Shown here: positions 57,754-64,000 of the stretch, piece by piece
Layout of the letters: the number at the start of each line of letters is the position of its first letter
Position numbering within the stretch: position 1 is the first letter of the stretch
Assembly (NCBI GenBank): GCA_965372795.1
Contig: CBDVDR010000003.1
Span: 178,265 to 242,264 of the forward strand
Direction of reading: 5' to 3'
Length of the DNA: 64,000 nucleotides
Origin: an uncultured bacterium
GTDB taxonomy: Bacteria > Zixibacteria > MSB-5A5 > GN15 > FEB-12
The notes under the pieces: model-generated
Seen by the model: only the letters and a program-made list of their open reading frames with translations
What the model was told of the DNA's origin: nothing
The model's database searches: none
Program-made: the position numbers and the translations under genes

Positions 57754-59034
57754 ATGTCAAAAAACAAAATAATTCTTGGCTGTCAATGGGGCGACGAAGG
57801 CAAAGGGAAAATCGTTGACCTGCTTGCAGCCGAAGCAGATGTTATCGCTCGTTTTCAAGGCGGTGCTAACGCCGGACATACAATCATTGTGGGAGATACC
57901 AAGTATGTCCTCCATCTGATTCCGTCCGGTATAATCCATCCTGGTAAAATTTGTTATATAGGAAATGGGGTTGTTCTTGATCCTTTTGGATTAAAAGAAG
58001 AATTAGATTTTCTTACCAAAAAGGGGATTGATTACAAGGGTCGATTATTTATTTCAGCAGCAGCGAATTTAGTTTTACCTTACCATAAGCTAATTGATAA
58101 TGTTGAAGAAAAGAATCGCGGAACCGCAAGTATCGGAACGACCAAGCGGGGCATTGGTCCGGCTTATGTTGACAAAGTCGCCCGTAACGGTATCAGAGTC
58201 GCCGATCTGTTTAATCCTGAGCGGCTGAAAAAAAGGCTTGAGTACCAGCTAATTCTTAAAGAAAAATATCTGGTAGGTTCAGAAGATAAACGTGCGGATC
58301 TGAATTGGATTTTTGATGAATTACAAAAGTTAACGCCTATGTTTGAATCATTTGTAACCGATGTCTCTTTGGCTCTGGCTAAAGCCTCAAAAGAAGGCAA
58401 GTCGATATTATTTGAAGGAGCCCAGGGTACGATGCTGGATGTTGATTTGGGTACTTATCCCTTTGCGACCTCTTCAAATACCACAACCGGCGGAGCTTTG
58501 ACCGGTCTGGGAGTTGGTCCTAAGATGATAGATGAAGTGGTTGGGGTGGTAAAAGCCTATACAACCCGGGTGGGTGCCGGACCGTTTCCAACTGAGTTAA
58601 TTGACGATATGGGCGAAAAACTTCGCCGTAAAGGTGATGAGTTCGGAGCCACAACCGGACGACCTCGTCGCTGTGGCTGGCTTGATCTGGTTTCATTGCG
58701 CCATGCTATTAGAATTAATGGGGTTGAATCAATCGCAGTTACCAAACTTGATGTGCTTGATGGATTAGAAGAAGTAAAAGTTTGTACAGCATATGAATTG
58801 AACGGCGAAGAAATCAGCGAGGTTCCTCTTGATTTATCAGAATTAGTCCATGTTAAACCGGTATACAAAACAGTACCCGGCTGGAGCGATCCATCGACCG
58901 GTATTACTGAATTTGATAAACTTCCGGAAAATGCCCGGAAATATCTGAAATTTATCGCTGACGATTTGAAAGTTAGAATCTGTTTGATTTCGACCGGAGC
59001 AAAAAGAAAAGAAACTGTATTTGTAAATGTATAA
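57754..59034 (+). CDS. purA: Adenylosuccinate synthetase
   Basis: QWGDEGKGK, GGANAGHT, TTGRPRRCGW. Confidence 0.98.
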   Translation: MSKNKIILGCQWGDEGKGKIVDLLAAEADVIARFQGGANAGHTIIVGDTKYVLHLIPSGIIHPGKICYIGNGVVLDPFGLKEELDFLTKKGIDYKGRLFISAAANLVLPYHKLIDNVEEKNRGTASIGTTKRGIGPAYVDKVARNGIRVADLFNPERLKKRLEYQLILKEKYLVGSEDKRADLNWIFDELQKLTPMFESFVTDVSLALAKASKEGKSILFEGAQGTMLDVDLGTYPFATSSNTTTGGALTGLGVGPKMIDEVVGVVKAYTTRVGAGPFPTELIDDMGEKLRRKGDEFGATTGRPRRCGWLDLVSLRHAIRINGVESIAVTKLDVLDGLEEVKVCTAYELNGEEISEVPLDLSELVHVKPVYKTVPGWSDPSTGITEFDKLPENARKYLKFIADDLKVRICLISTGAKRKETVFVNV

Positions 59035-59047
59035 TTAAGGAGTTGAA

Positions 59048-59527
59048 ATGAAAAAATTTCTCGTACTATTCGGTTTGATGGCTCTGTTTGCAAATTTCGC
59101 CTGTGCTGGCGATGATGCTGTTGATACGACTGATAAAAAAGAGAAAGTTACTAAGGAAGAAAAAATGGAACAAAAAGTTGTAGAACTTGAATCCGGATTA
59201 AAATATATAGATCTGGAAATTGGTGAAGGAACCGAAGCCAAAACCGGTATGAGCGTTGATGTACATTACACCGGATGGCTTGATGTTGAAGGTAAAAAAG
59301 GTACAAAATTTGATAGTTCAGTAGATCGGGGTCAGCCATTTTCTTTCCCGCTTGGTGGCGGAAGAGTAATCAAGGGCTGGGATGAAGGTGTTGCCGGTAT
59401 GAAAATTGGCGGTAAAAGACAGTTAATTATCCCGCCACATCTTGGTTATGGCTCTCGTGGCGCAGGAAATGTGATACCTGCTAACGCTACACTAATTTTT
59501 GATATTGAACTTCTTGGCACAAAATAA
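59048..59527 (+). CDS. FKBP-type peptidyl-prolyl isomerase (exported)
   Basis: VHYTGWL, FDSS, VIKGWDEG, IPANATLIFDIEL. Confidence 0.95.
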   Translation: MKKFLVLFGLMALFANFACAGDDAVDTTDKKEKVTKEEKMEQKVVELESGLKYIDLEIGEGTEAKTGMSVDVHYTGWLDVEGKKGTKFDSSVDRGQPFSFPLGGGRVIKGWDEGVAGMKIGGKRQLIIPPHLGYGSRGAGNVIPANATLIFDIELLGTK

Positions 59528-59546
59528 GCCCGAATTATTATAGTAT

Positions 59547-59574
59547 AAAAAGGCGTCCATTGGACGTCTTTTTT
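59547..59574 (+). terminator. Terminator after the FKBP gene
   Basis: AAAAAGGCGTCC-ATT-GGACGTCTTTTTT. Confidence 0.8.
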
Positions 59575-59905
59575 GTTATCGTGTTGTTAGGCTTCATATT
59601 ATATGGATTGTGTTTTATTGAATTAACGGCAATAAAAAAAAGGCGCGGTATGGGCGCCTTTATTATATAAGAGGTAGAGGTAAACAAACTAAATCTTTTA
59701 ACTTATCAATCGTACATCAAAGTTATCAAAAATAATTGGGTAGTTGTCATTTTTCTGTCATGGAATGTAACTTTATTGTAATTATTAATAGAAAAGTTCT
59801 GAAAAGTGGTTTAATTTAACAAATAAGAGGTAATTTTGTTTTTTGTCGTTGACAAACAGTTATAAGATGCTATTTTTGCCGTTCGGTTAACCCCGAAAAA
59901 AAAAT

Positions 59906-59977
59906 GGGGGTGTAGCTCAGTGGTAGAGCATCTGCCTTTTAAGCAGGGAGTCGATGGTTCGATCCCATCCACCCTCA
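59906..59977 (+). tRNA. tRNA-Lys(TTT), CCA not encoded
   Basis: Cloverleaf: GGGGGTG/CACCCTC acceptor stem, anticodon loop CTTTTAA, GATGG-TTCGATC-CCATC T arm; upstream TTGACA-N16-TATTTT. Confidence 0.97.
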
Positions 59978-60005
59978 TTTTTTTAAAAAATTTCAAGATA
60001 GTTAT

Positions 60006-60040
60006 AAAAAATCCCGGTTTGTCGTAACCGGGATTTTTTT
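60006..60040 (+). terminator. Terminator after the tRNA
   Basis: AAAAAATCCCGGTT...AACCGGGATTTTTT. Confidence 0.8.
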
Positions 60041-60225
60041 AAGTTGGGAACACTTATTAATCTAATCAGGAGCTAATTCATAGTCTTATTTAATTATACG
60101 GTCTACTCTGATGAAAGTTTCAAAGTGTTTTTCTGTGAAAATTAAGCAATACCTTAAAGCTTGATTGTTTTAGAAATATCTATTTATTGAAAAAAGACTG
60201 TTATTATATGAATTTGGAGAGGTAC

Positions 60226-61623
60226 ATGGATTATAAAATTAGAACAAAAATCGCAAAAATACTATTAGAAGATAAAATTCCGCTTAACTCAGAAATTATC
60301 GTTTTGGGTTTGGTGCGAACTGTCAGAGCTCAAAAGGATGTTGCTTTTATTCAGATTAATGACGGTTCCTGCATGGGGAATTTGCAAGCGGTTGTTTCGG
60401 AACCGGATAAATTTCCAATTATTAAAAATATCCTTACCGGCGCCTCTGTCAGAGTAAAAGGCAAACTTGTAGAATCCGGGGGAAAAGGTCAGAAATACGA
60501 TTTAGAAATTTCCGAGCTTGATTTAATCGGTGAAGCCGACCAATCATATCCGCTGCAAAGTAAACGGCATACGAACGAGTTTCTTAGAGAGATAGCCCAT
60601 CTCCGTCCGCGGACCAATACTTATGGAGCAGTAAATAGGATTCGCTCAAAACTTTCTTATGCAATTCATAAATATTATCAGGACCTTGGTTTTTTCTATA
60701 TTCAAACGCCGTTGATTTCGACATCGGATTGTGAAGGTGCCGGAGATATGTTCAGGGTTTCGACTCTTGATTTTAAAAATATTCCGATTGAAGATAATGA
60801 GATAGTCTGGGACAAAGATTTTTTTGGAGCCGAAGCTTATCTGACCGTTTCGGGTCAATTGGAAGGTGAACTTCTGGCAACAGCTCTGGGTGATATTTAT
60901 ACTTTTGGTCCGACATTCAGAGCCGAGAATTCCAACACCAGCCGTCATGCCTCCGAGTTCTGGATGATCGAACCGGAAATGGCCTGGGCGGAACTTGAAG
61001 ACAACATGGATTTAGCGGAAGATTTTTTGAAATATTTATTTAAGTTTGCGCTTACTGAGTGTGCTGATGATATGGAATTTTTTGGCAAGTGGGTTGATAA
61101 AGAAGTTCGTCAGACCCTTGAGCTGGTTATCAATTCTGAATTTGAAAGACTGCCGTATACTGAGGCGGTAAAAATATTAGAGTCTGCCAAAGAGAATTTT
61201 GAGTATCCGGTAAAATGGGGCATCGATCTACAGTCGGAACATGAACGATATCTTACTGAAAAGAAATTTAAAAAACCGGTTATTGTTTATGATTATCCCG
61301 AAGCGATCAAATCGTTTTATATGAAAGTAAATGATGACGGTAAAACCGTACGGGCAATGGATGTATTAGTGCCTCGAATCGGTGAGATTATCGGCGGGTC
61401 TGAACGTGAAAACAGATTTGATGTTTTAAAAGATCGTATGATTAAAAAAGGCATAACTGATTTAGAAAATTATTTCTGGTATTTGGATATTCGAAAGTAT
61501 GGAAGTTGTCCGCATAGCGGTTTTGGTTTAGGCTTTGATCGGGCGCTTATGTATATAACCGGGATGCAGAATATTCGTGACGTTCAAACATTTCCGCGTG
61601 TTCCAAGATGGGCAAAATTTTAA
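60226..61623 (+). CDS. asnS: Asparagine--tRNA ligase
   Basis: INDGS, LTVSGQLE, FRAENSNTSRH, EIIGGSERE; start moved to ATG 60226 (GGAGAGG RBS). Confidence 0.96.
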   Translation: MDYKIRTKIAKILLEDKIPLNSEIIVLGLVRTVRAQKDVAFIQINDGSCMGNLQAVVSEPDKFPIIKNILTGASVRVKGKLVESGGKGQKYDLEISELDLIGEADQSYPLQSKRHTNEFLREIAHLRPRTNTYGAVNRIRSKLSYAIHKYYQDLGFFYIQTPLISTSDCEGAGDMFRVSTLDFKNIPIEDNEIVWDKDFFGAEAYLTVSGQLEGELLATALGDIYTFGPTFRAENSNTSRHASEFWMIEPEMAWAELEDNMDLAEDFLKYLFKFALTECADDMEFFGKWVDKEVRQTLELVINSEFERLPYTEAVKILESAKENFEYPVKWGIDLQSEHERYLTEKKFKKPVIVYDYPEAIKSFYMKVNDDGKTVRAMDVLVPRIGEIIGGSERENRFDVLKDRMIKKGITDLENYFWYLDIRKYGSCPHSGFGLGFDRALMYITGMQNIRDVQTFPRVPRWAKF

Positions 61624-61638
61624 AATTTATTTTTAGAT

Positions 61639-61755
61639 AAAAAAATGTCCCGAACCAAGGGGGGAGGGTCTAAGGTACGGGACAGAAGACGGCTTGAAGT
61701 CAAACATGATGTCGGGCTTGATGTCTTGCATGAAGTTAATCTCAGCCGTCATTAT
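61639..61755 (-). ncRNA. Candidate structured small RNA with a C-rich terminator loop
   Basis: GACGGCT/AGCCGTC closing stem; TGTCCCG...CGGGACA-T7 terminator on the minus strand; no minus-strand gene nearby. Confidence 0.5.
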
Positions 61756-61861
61756 TTTTAATGATCAATTTTAATTCTCAATCACTTTGTTAAGTTATAT
61801 AATTTTAAAAATAATCCAATACATTTTTTTATTTTTTTTAATTTATTAATATTTTTTTCGA

Positions 61862-61881
61862 AATGATTTTCATTTTCAATT
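61862..61881. promoter_or_regulatory. Fur-box-like site
   Basis: AATGATTTTCATTTTCAAT matches 23201-23219 at 18 of 19 positions. Confidence 0.55.
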
Positions 61882-61927
61882 AAATTATTATCTTTTTTTT
61901 GAATCATTTGTTTTATATTTTTATCTT

Positions 61928-62518
61928 ATGAAAGAGAACGAATTAGTAAGGCAAGCTAAAGCCGGAGATTTTGAAGCTTTTACAGAGTTGATAAATACTC
62001 ATAAAAAAAAGATATATGCTTTGGCTATAAAGCTTTCCGGCAATAGTCAGGATGCTGAGGATATTGTGCAAGATACATTTATAAAAGCAATCGATAAAAT
62101 TGACCAGTTTCGACAGGATGCATCCTTTGGAACCTGGTTATATTCTATTGCATTAAATGAAAGTCGTGCCCATCTATCCAAACAAAAACAGACTGAACTT
62201 AAACCCTTAGAAGCCTACCTGCCAAATAGTGGCAGTGCCGATCTTCATGATTCAGGCAGCTTCCGATTGTTTGATTGGCAGGATCCTCACAAGCTTTTGG
62301 AAAATGAAGAGTTGAAACAGATCATAGATAAAGTTATAAGTGATTTACCTTATAAATACAGAGAAGCATTTGTTCTGCGATATCATGATGAATTGTCGAT
62401 CAAAGAGATTTCAAATATTATCAATGAATCGGTTGCATCTACCAAATCCAGAGTCTTGCGAGCGAGGTTAGCTTTGCGGGATGAGTTGTCAAGAATATTC
62501 GAGGAACGTTATGAGTAA
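61928..62518 (+). CDS. ECF RNA polymerase sigma factor
   Basis: DAEDIVQDTFIKA, FGTWLYSIA, TKSRVLRAR. Confidence 0.93.
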   Translation: MKENELVRQAKAGDFEAFTELINTHKKKIYALAIKLSGNSQDAEDIVQDTFIKAIDKIDQFRQDASFGTWLYSIALNESRAHLSKQKQTELKPLEAYLPNSGSADLHDSGSFRLFDWQDPHKLLENEELKQIIDKVISDLPYKYREAFVLRYHDELSIKEISNIINESVASTKSRVLRARLALRDELSRIFEERYE

Positions 62519-62762
62519 AAATTGTAAAGATTATATCGGCGAGCTGAATGATTTTCTCGATGGAGATCTGGATGAGGATCTTTGCGAGGAGATTAAAAGG
62601 CATATTGGTGAATGTAAGAACTGTCGGATTATGGTTGATTCACTTAAGATGACGGTCAAATTATGTCGTGAAGGTAAACCTGAAGATCTGCCAACTGCTT
62701 TAAATGAAAAGCTCAATAATCTATTAAAAGCCAAGTGGGACAAAAAATTCGGAAATAAGTAG
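62511..62762 (+). CDS. Soluble zinc-binding anti-sigma factor (zf-HC2)
   Basis: C...DFLDGDL...HIGECKNC (HxxxCxxC); overlaps the sigma stop codon; start at ATG 62511. Confidence 0.88.
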   Translation: MSKNCKDYIGELNDFLDGDLDEDLCEEIKRHIGECKNCRIMVDSLKMTVKLCREGKPEDLPTALNEKLNNLLKAKWDKKFGNK

Positions 62763-62772
62763 ATTAGTATTT

Positions 62773-62816
62773 GGGGCAGACGAGCACACGAGGTGTGGTT
62801 GGCGTCTGCCGCCCAC
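62773..62816. repeat. REP-like hairpin between convergent genes
   Basis: GGCAGACG...CACAC-GAG-GTGTG...CGTCTGCC. Confidence 0.6.
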
Positions 62817-62820
62817 ATGT

Positions 62821-63960
62821 CTAATACAATCCGCAGACTGGGGGATTGCCGCTATTAAAAAGATAATCAACGATATAGGTCAAATCTGAAATTGTTATCT
62901 CACCATCGCCATTGATTTCTCCGGCTTGGATAGGGTTAGGGGCGGGTTCAAAGTTAAACATATAGCCTACAAAGTAAGTAATATCCGATATACCTATATC
63001 TCCTGAGACGTTGACATCACCACAATAACATTCAATAGAAACGTTTCCAATATTAACACCACAATCATTGTTATCAGGCAATAATGGAGATAAAGAACCT
63101 ACGCCAAAGGTCGCAAAGGAAGTATCACAGAAATAAGGTTCTTCTGATATATTTCCGTCTATACCGGTTTGGTCTGGGAAGTTTCTATAATTCTCAACTA
63201 TATTATTAAAAACATCATTACAATAATAATCACTTTGAAGATCACCATCTATACCATAGTCATTATTTACAATAATATTATTAGATACATCAACAAAACA
63301 GTCTCTAATAAATATTCCGATATCATTATTGAAATAAATATTGTCTCTAATACTTATATTTAATGCCCAAAGATGAGTTGTTCCATATGTATTATTTAGG
63401 AAAATATTACTCTTAACATAAAAAAATTCTGTGCCTGTAATATAGGCTCCATCATAATTATTTTGTATTCTACAGTTAGTAATTTCACCCATTCCTGGGT
63501 AAGTCACCTCAATTGCTCGATGGTTATCTGAAAAAATACAATCTCTAATGTTAAAATCATTAAACCCATAATTTTTAATTGCTGTATTTCCATTTATAAT
63601 TTGTATTCCTTTTATTAACACTTCATCATAGATATCTGATAATGGTTGTTCATGATTTTTAGCGTATAAAGAAGTATCAATTATATTCAGAAAATGTCCA
63701 TTTTGAAGATCAATGGTCGTATTGTCAGCACCATTTAAAGAGATTATAGCAAAACAAGGATAGGGTGGAGTAACGAATGTAATATCATAAAATCCACTTG
63801 TGGAATATGTACCATCTTCAAGAACAATAGTATCACAAGGATTTATATTGTTTAAAGCATCTTTGATAGTGGAATAATCTGTTGGGACTAATACTGAAGA
63901 AGCATAGCTATTTGGCAGACAAAGAAAAAATAATAAAACCGTTAAAATTCTTAGTAGCAT
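62821..63960 (-). CDS. Secreted right-handed beta-helix (NosD/PbH1-like) protein with a dockerin-like C-terminus
   Basis: VPTDYSTIKDA; Asn-ladder repeats; GNISEEPYFC; CGDVN...ISDITYFVGYMF...ISDLTYIVDYLF. Confidence 0.8.
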   Translation of the reverse strand: MLLRILTVLLFFLCLPNSYASSVLVPTDYSTIKDALNNINPCDTIVLEDGTYSTSGFYDITFVTPPYPCFAIISLNGADNTTIDLQNGHFLNIIDTSLYAKNHEQPLSDIYDEVLIKGIQIINGNTAIKNYGFNDFNIRDCIFSDNHRAIEVTYPGMGEITNCRIQNNYDGAYITGTEFFYVKSNIFLNNTYGTTHLWALNISIRDNIYFNNDIGIFIRDCFVDVSNNIIVNNDYGIDGDLQSDYYCNDVFNNIVENYRNFPDQTGIDGNISEEPYFCDTSFATFGVGSLSPLLPDNNDCGVNIGNVSIECYCGDVNVSGDIGISDITYFVGYMFNFEPAPNPIQAGEINGDGEITISDLTYIVDYLFNSGNPPVCGLY

Positions 63961-64000
63961 ATTTCCCCATTGGGTTTTTCTATTATATATAATATATATT

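Noticed and set aside
59906..60180. Island integrated at tRNA-Lys
   Set aside because: No integrase and no duplicated tRNA 3' end was seen; flanking genes are housekeeping.
200..63363. Many short antisense or alternate-frame ORFs in the ORF track
   Set aside because: They lie within well-supported genes and show no recognisable motifs or translation signals.

Overview
AT-rich bacterial chromosomal window made mostly of housekeeping and envelope genes: rnc (partial), etfB, a heterodimeric ABC exporter, suhB-glmM-glmS, acyl-CoA dehydrogenase and crotonase, pgsA-pgpA-cinA-thpR, class II ribonucleotide reductase, a MacAB-like ABC system, queF/queCED, dus, thrC, an ArsR-permease-thioredoxin cluster, rlmL-like methyltransferase, lon-engB-purA, FKBP, tRNA-Lys, asnS and an ECF sigma/anti-sigma pair. 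Two secreted proteins end in Cys-flanked dockerin-like domains, which suggests a Zixibacteria-like organism (inference). The most unusual part is 12.4-19.2 kb. It holds an AbiEi/AbiEii-type type IV toxin-antitoxin pair in convergent, overlapping orientation. Upstream of the antitoxin are three perfect 28-34 bp palindromes that share a core but have different arms. The pair is bracketed by REP-like hairpins, a 17-bp direct repeat and several tandem arrays of triloop mini-hairpins. Other candidates: a linker-histone-like protein with a Myb/SANT-like core, a porin plus monoheme cytochrome operon with a Fur-like box, three orphan minus-strand small RNAs, DnaA and NrdR boxes upstream of nrdJ, a possible GC-skew inversion, frequent leaderless genes, and an engB that must start at a non-canonical codon. 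All calls come from reading the sequence by eye; no database searches were run.
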